Virus record (IMG/VR): IMGVR_UViG_3300019360_000007
Span: 19,088 to 83,087 of that record
DNA: 64,000 nucleotides
Strand: one strand, 5' to 3'
Origin: a virus
Position numbers and translations under genes: made by a program. Below, in pieces: positions 10,990 to 19,830 of the stretch (within the stretch, counting starts at the first letter, position 1; the number at the start of each line of letters is the position of its first letter). The notes beneath the pieces were generated by a model. That model ran no database searches. It was not told where the DNA came from and saw nothing but the letters and a program-made list of their open reading frames with translations.

Positions 10990-11763
10990 TCAGGACTCCT
11001 CGAACGGGTTGATGGTCGTGGGAAAGGACACGGCCGTGGGGCCCGAGAATGCGCGTGGATCTCCCACGAATGGGTCAAGGAGCGCAGTGGAGGGAGAACC
11101 CGCCGCCTCGCTTTCGCCCGTCGAGAGCGTGGAGGCTGGACCCAGGGATACGGGCCTGGCCGACTGGAACCTCATGATCTCGCGGTCGATGAGGAACCGG
11201 GCGCTGAGGTTGAACTGGTACGGGGTCTCGGCCGCCTCGGCCACGGTGAACTGGCCATCGAACCACCCGATGTGCGACGCGCCGTCGAACGTGATCTTGA
11301 TGTACCCCTGCGCGGCGATGTTCCCGAAGACATCGTAGATGGCCCCGTTGTTGTGAAACAGCGCCAGGAGGTCGAGGTACTTGTCGTAGGCTATGGTCTC
11401 CCGGCGTCCCTGATCTCCCGAGGATGATCCGCCGATGTTGGACAGGCCCGTGTAGAGCCGCATGAATCCCCCAGTCGCCGCCTCGAAGGAAATCTCCTCG
11501 GTGGCGTCCCCCCAGTGGAACTCGACGAACCCGGCCCTGGTCTGCACGCGCTCGATCTGCTTCGCGTAGCTGAGTTGCATCGTTCTCGGGTTCACGTGGA
11601 GGACGAGGCGAAGGCCTCCAGCGACCTGATCGAGCAGACTGGTCTCCCTGTCCGGGAGGAGGATGTCGAAGATGACAGGGCGGCGACCTCGCCTGGGCCC
11701 TCCCTCCTCGCCCTTGAGAGGACCTGAGAACGCTCCTCGGAAGACTGGAAGCTGGCTAGGCAT
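10990..11763 (-). CDS. Baseplate tube-initiator-like protein (gp48/gp54-type position)
   Basis: LHVNPRTMQLSYAKQ...HWGD...LFHNNGAIYD; immediately downstream of tape measure. Confidence 0.65.
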   Translation of the reverse strand: MPSQLPVFRGAFSGPLKGEEGGPRRGRRPVIFDILLPDRETSLLDQVAGGLRLVLHVNPRTMQLSYAKQIERVQTRAGFVEFHWGDATEEISFEAATGGFMRLYTGLSNIGGSSSGDQGRRETIAYDKYLDLLALFHNNGAIYDVFGNIAAQGYIKITFDGASHIGWFDGQFTVAEAAETPYQFNLSARFLIDREIMRFQSARPVSLGPASTLSTGESEAAGSPSTALLDPFVGDPRAFSGPTAVSFPTTINPFEES

Positions 11764-14700
11764 TGCCGGTCGCCCTCAACGCGCGCATGACGGTGCTGTA
11801 GATTCGTCGCTGGTCCCCGCCGTGGATGTTGACGTTGACCGTCCCGCGCGTCCGTGGGCCGCCCGCCATGCCCGTCGCGATGGGTCCTCCAGGACGCATG
11901 GCCATCACCGTGTCGCGCTCGTCGGTGATGATGGGCCGTCCACCTCCAGCCGGCAGGATGAGGTCCTTGGCCGCTTGGGCCGTCTCAAACACTTGGAGAT
12001 TCTTGAGATCGTTTGCTTTGCGCGCCGTGTCCAGCGTGGCGACGGCGATCTCCGCTAGATTGACGTTCGCCTCCTGCTGAAGCTGCTTCGTCGGATCCGA
12101 GGCCTCCTGCATCGCCTGTCCAACCGCATCTCGGACACGCTCAAAGAACTGTTCTTGCGTCTCCCCTACATAGGTCTGGCCGGCTGCCTCTGCCGCTCGT
12201 TCCTGCACTCGCAGACCCTGGGTGGTCGTCATGCCCGACGCCATGGTCACCCGCCGCGCGAAATCCTTCGCGGCCTCGGTCCACTGCGTCTCGAACTTGT
12301 TCTCGATGGTATCCGGCATGTCCTCCATCATCGCCATCATCTCCTCGTACCCGGCACTGAGGTTGGGCGAGATGGCCTCCAAGGCCATTCCCTGTTCTCG
12401 CATCTTCTCCTCGATCGCAAGGAGGATCTGGCTGGTGTACATCCCCTCGGTGTCCATGTGCGACAGGATCTCCGACCCTCTCTCAGCAGTCTCGCCCATG
12501 TGTCTCATGTCCTCGTTAGCCTGTGCCAGAACCTCGATCTGGTCGTCGAAGCCTTTCTTGAGAATGGGATCCTGCGTCCCCTCCCTGGACTTCTGCAGAC
12601 CCTGGATGAGCTTGTTGTTGGCCTCGATCGCATTGGTCACGTCGGTCTGCGTCTTGGCCAAGTTTCGCTCGACCGTGGCACGTCCCTTGACCCCCGGATC
12701 TTCCGGGCTGAAGACGTGCCACCAGTCGAGGAAGCTCATCCAGAAGTCGTGGACCTCTTTCCATATCTTATTGAGGATCTTGGCGATGTTCGCCTCCAGC
12801 ACGTTGGACAGCTTCTCCGTGTTCTGCGATATTTGCCGCGCGAGTTCGATGTCCTCGGACACCGCTTGTCCTGCGGCCTTCTGGTATCGGTCGTTCTGCG
12901 CGAGCATCAGGCCCTGCTCGTCCGTGACCTGCTTGCCAAGAATGACTGTGTTCGACTTGGAGTCGAAAGTCGCACCGACGATCTCGCCTGTCTGGGTGAC
13001 AACGGCCCCGTACAGCTCGGCCATCGCTCGCATATCCTCGTTGGCGATCTTTTGCTGTCCGCTCTGTATTCGACCCTGAATCGCCCGAAGCGACTTCAAA
13101 TCGGCGGCTGTGGCCCTGGAGGCGTCGATCAACGCATCGAGCTGCTTCCCGGAAAATCCCGTGACCTGCTCGGCGGCAGCCCGTCCTGGGGCTCCCTCCT
13201 CCGCGATGAAGCGGTGGAGCATCCGACCCGAGAAGACCTGGCTCTGCGTGAGCATCGCCAGCGTCGCGGCCGGTCCGACCCGACCCATCGCCTCGACTTG
13301 CTGTCCCAGGTCACCCTGGCCTGCCTGGATCGTCTCAATCAGGTTGTCCATCCGCTGGACCATCTCCGGCTCGTACCCGATCCGCTTGAGCTTGGCCATC
13401 AGCTTCTCCCGCTCCTCCTCTCCCATCTTCCCGAGACTCTTGACCAGAGAAGCTCCGCTCGTGATGCCCGCCTTCTCCCAGAGATTCTTGTCGGAGAGAT
13501 TCTTGGTGAGGTCTGCGTAGATCCCCTCGGCCTCGGCCTCGGCCACGTCGGCGAATATGCGGGCCGTCTCGGCCTGACCCGTAAGCAAGATCTGCTTGAG
13601 GCGAGCCTCCGTGGTCGCGTCCGTCCACGTATTGGTGAGGGACTTGAACAGCTCGACTCCGGCCGTCTCCCCCATGATGTTGCTCAGGTACTTGAGCATC
13701 TTGCCCGCCTCCTCAAGGCGCACGGCGTAGAAGCCCATGCCCGACGTGGCCTCGAGGATCGTCGAGTAGAATCGTTTCGTGGAGAATCCGGACAGCGCCG
13801 CCTCTCGGTGGACGGTCGAGAGTCCCTCGGCGATCTGGCCGAGACCTACGCCGAAGTCGTTGGCGAGATCCCCCATATTGGTGCCCACCATCTGCAGGTC
13901 GATACCGAACAGCTTCGAGTACGTGATGGCCAGCTCGGCCGCGTCCGCGTAGTCGTGCATGTTCGCCGCGCCCCGGTCTATCTCCTCTCGCATCTTCCTG
14001 AACTGGTAGTTCGCCTCGTTCATCGCCCCGAGCACGCGGAACATGTCCTGTGCATTGACGCGGAACCCATTGATCTTGCTGGCGGCGTCCGTGATCTGCG
14101 TGCGAATCGTCTCCAGTTCCTGACCGAAGCGCTGCCCGGCCTCCACGGGTCGTCCTCCGATGCCGAAGTCTGCAATGCCCGCCGTGTCTGCGATGGCCTT
14201 GTTCATCTCAACGATGCGGTCGTTGAGGTCCATGAACAGCTTGACCAGGGCCATGACGGCCCCGGCCACGGCAGCTATCGCCACGAGGGCACCCCCGAAA
14301 CCGGCCACGGCCCTTCCGGCAACGGCCATCCCTCTGGCCTGGGTGGGGTCGACCTCCCTGATCCTCCGTGCTCTATCCTGTTCCGCTCGTCCTCGCTGCT
14401 GAATTCTCCCAGCGATCCCTCGACCGAGACCCAATATTCCCTCGGGCGAAGATATCCCCGCCTGGATCTCCTGGACAGAGTCCTTGAAAGCGTCGGCGCT
14501 CTCGCTGAATGTCCTGACCTGACGTCTGCTCATCGCCTCAAATGCTTCGGCCTGAGCCTCGACCTCACGGGCAAATCGCTTGGACCTTTGATCGAGCGTG
14601 CGCTCGATCTTCTCGGCCTCGGCGACCTTCCCCTCAAGCATGAGCTTGTGCCACTTCTCTGCGGCACCGATGATGTTCGTGTCGAGAAACTTCCTGATGG

Positions 14701-14887
14701 CCTCCCCTGATCGCCCTGAGGCAAGCGCGAGCTTCATACCGTCGGACATCCCCGACGCGACCTTGCGTTTCACGTCGGCGGCGAAGTCCTTGGCCGCTTC
14801 ACTCAGGCCTCGCCCGAGATTGTTGACGACGTCGTCGATCGATTTCTTGTCGAAAAGGAATTCGGCTACAATGCGGGGATTCGCCAC
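11756..14887 (-). CDS. Tail tape measure protein (1043 aa)
   Basis: Long helical Ala/Glu/Lys/Gln-rich protein with a hydrophobic stretch (FGGALVAIAAVAGAVMALVKLF); canonical position after tube and chaperones. Confidence 0.85.
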   Translation of the reverse strand: MANPRIVAEFLFDKKSIDDVVNNLGRGLSEAAKDFAADVKRKVASGMSDGMKLALASGRSGEAIRKFLDTNIIGAAEKWHKLMLEGKVAEAEKIERTLDQRSKRFAREVEAQAEAFEAMSRRQVRTFSESADAFKDSVQEIQAGISSPEGILGLGRGIAGRIQQRGRAEQDRARRIREVDPTQARGMAVAGRAVAGFGGALVAIAAVAGAVMALVKLFMDLNDRIVEMNKAIADTAGIADFGIGGRPVEAGQRFGQELETIRTQITDAASKINGFRVNAQDMFRVLGAMNEANYQFRKMREEIDRGAANMHDYADAAELAITYSKLFGIDLQMVGTNMGDLANDFGVGLGQIAEGLSTVHREAALSGFSTKRFYSTILEATSGMGFYAVRLEEAGKMLKYLSNIMGETAGVELFKSLTNTWTDATTEARLKQILLTGQAETARIFADVAEAEAEGIYADLTKNLSDKNLWEKAGITSGASLVKSLGKMGEEEREKLMAKLKRIGYEPEMVQRMDNLIETIQAGQGDLGQQVEAMGRVGPAATLAMLTQSQVFSGRMLHRFIAEEGAPGRAAAEQVTGFSGKQLDALIDASRATAADLKSLRAIQGRIQSGQQKIANEDMRAMAELYGAVVTQTGEIVGATFDSKSNTVILGKQVTDEQGLMLAQNDRYQKAAGQAVSEDIELARQISQNTEKLSNVLEANIAKILNKIWKEVHDFWMSFLDWWHVFSPEDPGVKGRATVERNLAKTQTDVTNAIEANNKLIQGLQKSREGTQDPILKKGFDDQIEVLAQANEDMRHMGETAERGSEILSHMDTEGMYTSQILLAIEEKMREQGMALEAISPNLSAGYEEMMAMMEDMPDTIENKFETQWTEAAKDFARRVTMASGMTTTQGLRVQERAAEAAGQTYVGETQEQFFERVRDAVGQAMQEASDPTKQLQQEANVNLAEIAVATLDTARKANDLKNLQVFETAQAAKDLILPAGGGRPIITDERDTVMAMRPGGPIATGMAGGPRTRGTVNVNIHGGDQRRIYSTVMRALRATGNA

Positions 14888-14890
14888 GGC

Positions 14891-16129
14891 CTATTCCTCC
14901 CCACCATCGCCATCGAAGGATGCTGTAGGCCGTCTGCGCTCTATGTTCTCCTGAAGCGTTCTCCGATCCTCGTCAGGGCGGACGAGCATGCGTAACATCT
15001 CAGGATCCGCAGATACGTCGGGCGAAATGTGCCCCGCGTCATCGACCTTGAGGGTTCCCGACGAGGGTCTCGACTTGATGTACTTGTCGTATGCCCTGTT
15101 GTGAGTGTTGTCGAGGAGAACGCGTGAGCCCGGGAGTCGGTCTCTCAATCTCGCGATCAGCTCCCGACCAGCGTCGCCCGACAGCGGGACCATCTGCGAC
15201 CTGGGAACGCCTTCCTCGTCGAGCGCTCTCTGCAGAGCGCGCTGGCTATCGATCGCCTCCGCGCGGCGGCGCTCGACGTCGTTCCGGATCTTGTCCTTGA
15301 CAGACTCCACGACAAGGTCGTGGTCGTCTTTAATCCCGAGGACCCAGCGACGCATTTCCTCGCGCATCTCCTCGGGACTCTCGGCTTGACGGAACTCCTG
15401 GAACGCACGTTTCTTCGCCCGCGGAGCACCGTCCCGCTTCGGTTTGAGCACGCCCGTGGCCTCGTAATAGACGCGATCCATCGTAGCCTGACGTTGGCGG
15501 CGGCGATCGGCGTCCCGCTTCGAGTCCTGCGCCGCGATCTTCTTGACTCCTTTGGGGGCGTGGGGTCCGACAAGGAACTTGGCGATGGCCCACTCGTAAT
15601 CGTTGGCCTCTCTTTCGTCCTCCAGGTTATTGAAGTACGTCCACACGCGTCTCACTGGATTGGTCCCGAGGCAGACCCCGTGCAGACTTCTTCCCTCGGC
15701 GACTCGGTTACGTTCGGCCGTCCAGAGCAGTCTGGACTCCGCCTCGTAAATGAACGCCTCCACCCTCTCCGTCGCCTCGTGTACCTGATTCATCAGGGCA
15801 GTCACAATCGCGTTGAGATCATCGAGCACCGTCACGGGGATCTGACGACACATCTCGTACAGGCGGTAGATAGCCTCGTCGTCACCGAGAACGACCTGAC
15901 CATCGACCATCCATGTGGCCGATGCAACGAGCCACGCGCTCCAATCTCGAGGCGTCGTACCCCATGTTCTCGTCCTCAGGATGAACCAGTCGTCATCGCT
16001 CAGGGAGCGCAACACGAGGCGTGTCCCGCTTACCGCCACGTGATGGAGCAGGAACCCAGGGTAGACCAGGGCCCGAACTCCCTCGTAGATCCGGTGGCGC
16101 TGCTCGGGGCCGGTGACGGCAAGCTGCAT
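14891..16129 (-). CDS. Putative tail assembly chaperone 2
   Basis: Position between tube and tape measure; good coding ORF. Confidence 0.55.
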   Translation of the reverse strand: MQLAVTGPEQRHRIYEGVRALVYPGFLLHHVAVSGTRLVLRSLSDDDWFILRTRTWGTTPRDWSAWLVASATWMVDGQVVLGDDEAIYRLYEMCRQIPVTVLDDLNAIVTALMNQVHEATERVEAFIYEAESRLLWTAERNRVAEGRSLHGVCLGTNPVRRVWTYFNNLEDEREANDYEWAIAKFLVGPHAPKGVKKIAAQDSKRDADRRRQRQATMDRVYYEATGVLKPKRDGAPRAKKRAFQEFRQAESPEEMREEMRRWVLGIKDDHDLVVESVKDKIRNDVERRRAEAIDSQRALQRALDEEGVPRSQMVPLSGDAGRELIARLRDRLPGSRVLLDNTHNRAYDKYIKSRPSSGTLKVDDAGHISPDVSADPEMLRMLVRPDEDRRTLQENIERRRPTASFDGDGGEE

Positions 16130-16132
16130 GGC

Positions 16133-17410
16133 CTACGGCTCGCCCGGACCCCTGAACCGCTCGTTCCTTGCGCCAGGGGTGGGATTCACAGTCGGAGGAT
16201 CGTTGCCACGTCCGTGCGCGTTGGGTCTGTCTAGCGTCTGCGCGGGCATTTTGAAGACCGGCTTGCCGTGAAGCTGGACGGGCGGGTCCTGTCCCGACCG
16301 GGGGGGCTGCGGCTTCCCGGTCCTGACTGCTCCCGCCCGACCATCGACGAGAGCATCGTTGATGTTGCTCGCAGCCCGCATCCCCTCCGTTCGCGTGTCG
16401 AGCGACGTCGCTTGTGGGCGTCCTCCGCGACGCTGGGCCTCTCGGGCCTGCGCCGCGCGGTCGGCCGTCGTGGGGAGCCCTGCTTCAGCCCGCGCGTTCT
16501 CGTGCTCCTGACGAGCACGTTGGCGCTCTTGGTGCTGCTGTCGGAGCAGCGCCTGTCGTCTCGTTTCGCTCCGCAATGCCTCGTCGGGATCCGTGGGATC
16601 GAAAAACGAATCCCCATCGTGAGGCAGCGGGATCCCAGTCTCCTCGGGAACTTGCGTCGTGGACGGGACCTGTGGTCCTGCCGCCGGAGATGACGGCTCC
16701 TGGGATCGCGCCGGAGCCGTCGCCGCCGCGGGCACAGCGGAACGACGTCCAGGCGCCCGCTCTGGGGGAGGTTCGGACTCGGGAGCGGGCTCAAGCAGAT
16801 CGTCCACGGCCTTCTGGACCGCCTCCACGGCCGATGTGTCCGGGGAGGTCGGCCTCGGACCGCCGGGAGTTCTTCCGTCCTGCTTGGCCTTGGTGTCGCG
16901 GAGTTCCTTGATGCGCTTCTCCAGCCTGGTGATCTCCTCCTCGACATCAATCGGCTCAAACTTGATGCTGCGCGACGCATTGATCTCAATGCGCCCGACG
17001 AGTTCACCGTACTTGGCGAACACCTCCGTCAGCATGGTCCTCGACCACTCGCGCGCGATCATGTCTCTGATCGCCTCCCACTTCGGGACGGACACGCTCT
17101 TGCCACCGTCGAGTTCCCCCGTCTCGATGTACTCGACACCTCGAAGGTCGAGATCACCGATCTGGACCAGCGAGAACCCCAGAGCCGCATGACGCATGCG
17201 GTCCATGAAGTCTGTGAATGCGGCTTGGTCCGGTTTCTTCTCGGACCCCGTCTCCATCGCGGCCTGAGCGTACCGCTGGACCTCTGTCTCCTGGTCGGGA
17301 CGAAGGGCTCTCAGGGTGATCTGAAGACCTTGTGCCTCAAACGTGAATTCAAGGTCGCGGATGCTCTCGACTCTGGTGATCGCGGCCTCTAGGGCCTTCA
17401 GGTTGACCAT
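16133..17410 (-). CDS. Putative tail assembly chaperone 1 with disordered C-terminus
   Basis: ATG 17410 preceded by GGAGAG; ITLRALRPDQETEV chaperone-like N-domain; Pro/Arg-rich tail. Confidence 0.6.
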   Translation of the reverse strand: MVNLKALEAAITRVESIRDLEFTFEAQGLQITLRALRPDQETEVQRYAQAAMETGSEKKPDQAAFTDFMDRMRHAALGFSLVQIGDLDLRGVEYIETGELDGGKSVSVPKWEAIRDMIAREWSRTMLTEVFAKYGELVGRIEINASRSIKFEPIDVEEEITRLEKRIKELRDTKAKQDGRTPGGPRPTSPDTSAVEAVQKAVDDLLEPAPESEPPPERAPGRRSAVPAAATAPARSQEPSSPAAGPQVPSTTQVPEETGIPLPHDGDSFFDPTDPDEALRSETRRQALLRQQHQERQRARQEHENARAEAGLPTTADRAAQAREAQRRGGRPQATSLDTRTEGMRAASNINDALVDGRAGAVRTGKPQPPRSGQDPPVQLHGKPVFKMPAQTLDRPNAHGRGNDPPTVNPTPGARNERFRGPGEP

Positions 17411-17498
17411 GACTCTCTCCACATCGTGGTGGAGCAGGTCGGTGGATCGTGCTCACAGCGCAAACGATTCACATGTGTGAGTGCCCGTGTACATGTAC

Positions 17499-17528
17499 GT
17501 CTGACCGTCCCACGTTGGGGAGGATGCG
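17499..17528 (-). promoter_or_regulatory. Conserved bulged-hairpin element, copy A
   Basis: CGCATCC-TCCC-CAACGT-GGGA-CGGTCAGAC; related copies at 31870 and 52954. Confidence 0.6.
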
Positions 17529-17613
17529 GACAGCTCGAAGTGGGATTCTTGCATTCCCATCTGATTCACGTTCACGTCTGCGTCTGTGACGCTTCCACCG
17601 ATTGCTCGGGTTG

Positions 17614-17633
17614 AAAAACCCCCTGGCGGGAGG
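17614..17633 (-). terminator. Possible weak intrinsic terminator after the tube gene
   Basis: CCTCC-CGCCA-GGGGG followed by TTTTT on the minus strand. Confidence 0.35.
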
Positions 17634-17676
17634 CGCTGGCTTGGGCAGGATCACGAGACCGTACCCGAGAACTGGA

Positions 17677-18468
17677 CTAGACCGTCACGAAGTCGGAGGC
17701 GGCTCTCTGATCGCCCACGTTGTAGCGCACCGAGCCGACCTGGCCGATGGTCGGGTCGTTGCCGGTGGCGAGGAACTCGCCGTACTCGGACGAGAAGTCG
17801 TGCACGTCGGAGATCGTGATGTCCCCGGTCTCCATGAGCATGCCAGTGTCGCGGCCCAGGTTCGTCAGAGACCACGAGTTGAACCAGCACGTCTCGTAGA
17901 GCGTGATGATGGCCGTGTGGCCGCGCAGGTCGCCGGGGAAGTTGTTCGGGTCGTTCGTGACCTGCGGGTAGGTGATCTCCTTGACGCCGCCGTCGAAGGT
18001 CCCGCCCCCGCCGTTGAACCCGACTCCGGCCTGTCCGGTGAGGTCGAAGTCCGCCAGCGTGGAGAAGACGAGCTGCTGCTCCACGTCGAACGGCCAGCGA
18101 TGGTGACGCAGGGAGCGCACCGGTCCGCTGATCCCGCCCGCGTAGCCAGTCGCCTGCCAGAGGTTCGAGAGGTAGAGGAGAGCCCGCTCGAAGCCGGCAG
18201 TCATCGCCTCGGTCACGCTCGGGACGAGCTCGGCGATCATGTCGCCGAAGCCGATGCCGCGGAGAGTGTCGATGGTGCGCGTCTCGTTCGGGGTGAAGCT
18301 CGACAGCACGCCCATCTGGAACAGGAGGTTCGCGTCGCTGCCGTAGGCCGGCGTCAAGACGCGGACCTTCTGGCTGACTGCCGTCCTCGTCTGCGGCGAC
18401 GTGCCGTAGTCGTAGATGTAGCTGGAGCCCTGAACTCCCTGCGCCGGGTTGAGGTCTTTGTTGGCCAT
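17677..18468 (-). CDS. Tail tube protein
   Basis: 263 aa, strongly biased codons, RBS GAGGAAGG; motifs LRGIG..IAELVP, RWPFDVEQ, TLYETCWFNSWS typical of myophage tubes; upstream of chaperones and tape measure. Confidence 0.8.
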   Translation of the reverse strand: MANKDLNPAQGVQGSSYIYDYGTSPQTRTAVSQKVRVLTPAYGSDANLLFQMGVLSSFTPNETRTIDTLRGIGFGDMIAELVPSVTEAMTAGFERALLYLSNLWQATGYAGGISGPVRSLRHHRWPFDVEQQLVFSTLADFDLTGQAGVGFNGGGGTFDGGVKEITYPQVTNDPNNFPGDLRGHTAIITLYETCWFNSWSLTNLGRDTGMLMETGDITISDVHDFSSEYGEFLATGNDPTIGQVGSVRYNVGDQRAASDFVTV

Positions 18469-18558
18469 GATCGCCTTCCTCTCGTCAGGCGGCCGACCCC
18501 GGGGGGCCGTTCACCGCGCAAAGTGGGGACGAGGGAGTCCCCTCCGAGAGAGAGGCGC

Positions 18559-19203
18559 CTATAGCCTGGCAAGCGAGACCAGCCAGCGGCGGGCAATGCG
18601 CGCGGCCACGCCCTCCGCGGCTCGCGGAGAGTCCCCAGGACCGGCACCTTCGCCCCTCGCCGCCCTCGCCAGCGGGTTGCCTTCCACGAGCCTCCAAGCC
18701 TCCAGGGCTCGCCTCATGGCCTTCCGCTTCTCGGGGTCCTTCTCGGACCGCAGACGACGTGCCAGCTCGGTCGGCGGCACGTTAATGAAGGTGGCCAGCG
18801 AATCAGAAGATCCACCTCTCGCGAGCGACGCCTCTCGCGCCGCGATCTGCCGCCGCAGGCCGGGATGCAGGATGTTCCAGTGGGCGCGGATCCAGGCGGC
18901 GTCCGCCCAGACACAGGCGTCGTGCTCGCCGCACAGCGTCGGGGTCCATCCCACGTTCTCGCTCGTGGCCATGACCAGACAGTACGCTCCGTCGCGCGCC
19001 ATCTCCAGGACATCGTGCGGAGGCAGGTGTCCCGTCTCCTCCGCGAACTCCCTCTCCGCCGCCGCGAGCGGGGACTCGCCGTTCTCCAGGTGTCCTCCTG
19101 GAACGGACCAGAGCCCGACATCGTCGGCATCAGGCCCCGGTGCCCGTCGAACGAGGAGAACGACCTTCCCGTCAGTGAGCCAGAGCCCTGCGCGCTCGAT
19201 CAT
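18559..19203 (-). CDS. NUDIX hydrolase with C-terminal RIARRW tail
   Basis: Nudix box GGHLENGESPLAAAEREFAEETG. Confidence 0.9.
   Translation of the reverse strand: MIERAGLWLTDGKVVLLVRRAPGPDADDVGLWSVPGGHLENGESPLAAAEREFAEETGHLPPHDVLEMARDGAYCLVMATSENVGWTPTLCGEHDACVWADAAWIRAHWNILHPGLRRQIAAREASLARGGSSDSLATFINVPPTELARRLRSEKDPEKRKAMRRALEAWRLVEGNPLARAARGEGAGPGDSPRAAEGVAARIARRWLVSLARL
18561..18577 (-). promoter_or_regulatory. Putative phage late promoter (CTCGCT-N7-CTAT)
   Basis: One of seven matches to (C/A)TCGNT-N7-YKAT upstream of gene starts. Confidence 0.55.
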
Positions 19204-19225
19204 GCGGCGCCCGTACGCCGTCGGC

Positions 19226-19552
19226 TCACCGGCGGCCGGCTGCCCTCGGCGGAGTGAAGCGGTACTTCTCGGGGTCGACCAGGCCGGACTCGTCGGGCTC
19301 CATGCCGACGCGCTCGTCCTCGATCCTGTCGGCGATGCGCACCAGGTCCGTGTAGACCTGTGGCCGGAGATTCAGCGCCCGGGCCACCAGCGCGAGCTGC
19401 TTGATCAGGGCGGCGAGGGCGACGTCCTCGAAGTGCTCCTCGGCGAGGAGGTCGCGGACGAGACCCGGCAGGGGACGCAGCGTCGAACGATAGTCGAGCG
19501 CGCGCTTGACCCTGCGCAGGAAAGTCCAGTCGTCGAGAATCTGCATGGCCAC
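19226..19552 (-). CDS. Hypothetical protein
   Basis: Fills the gap in the operon with host-like codon usage. Confidence 0.6.
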   Translation of the reverse strand: MAMQILDDWTFLRRVKRALDYRSTLRPLPGLVRDLLAEEHFEDVALAALIKQLALVARALNLRPQVYTDLVRIADRIEDERVGMEPDESGLVDPEKYRFTPPRAAGRR

Positions 19553-19557
19553 CTGAA

Positions 19558-19830
19558 TCAGATTCGATGCTTGGCGATGGCGGCGACCATCGCCTCTTCC
19601 ATGGCCTTCTCCGCCTCTTCTGCCGTTGCAGCACCGTTGTAGGCGGCCTCGGCAGCACGGTAGATCTTGGGAATGTCCATGATGTTGACCTGAACGCGCT
19701 GCCCGTGCTTGTAGTAGGTCTTCGAGATCAGCGCCTCGAGCTTCTTGCCCTTGAGCTTGGCCGTCGACTTGGCCCAGTGCTCGGACGCCTCGCGCAGCAG
19801 ACGACGTGCTTCTTGGATGTTCGGCTTCAT
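19558..19830 (-). CDS. Hypothetical protein (shares ARxLLREAS with upstream gene)
   Basis: Start overlaps the upstream stop (ATGA). Confidence 0.7.
   Translation of the reverse strand: MKPNIQEARRLLREASEHWAKSTAKLKGKKLEALISKTYYKHGQRVQVNIMDIPKIYRAAEAAYNGAATAEEAEKAMEEAMVAAIAKHRI

Noticed and set aside
17469-17654. 61-aa ORF between tube and chaperone
   Set aside because: Atypical composition, and it overlaps the terminator-like and hairpin elements; more likely non-coding.
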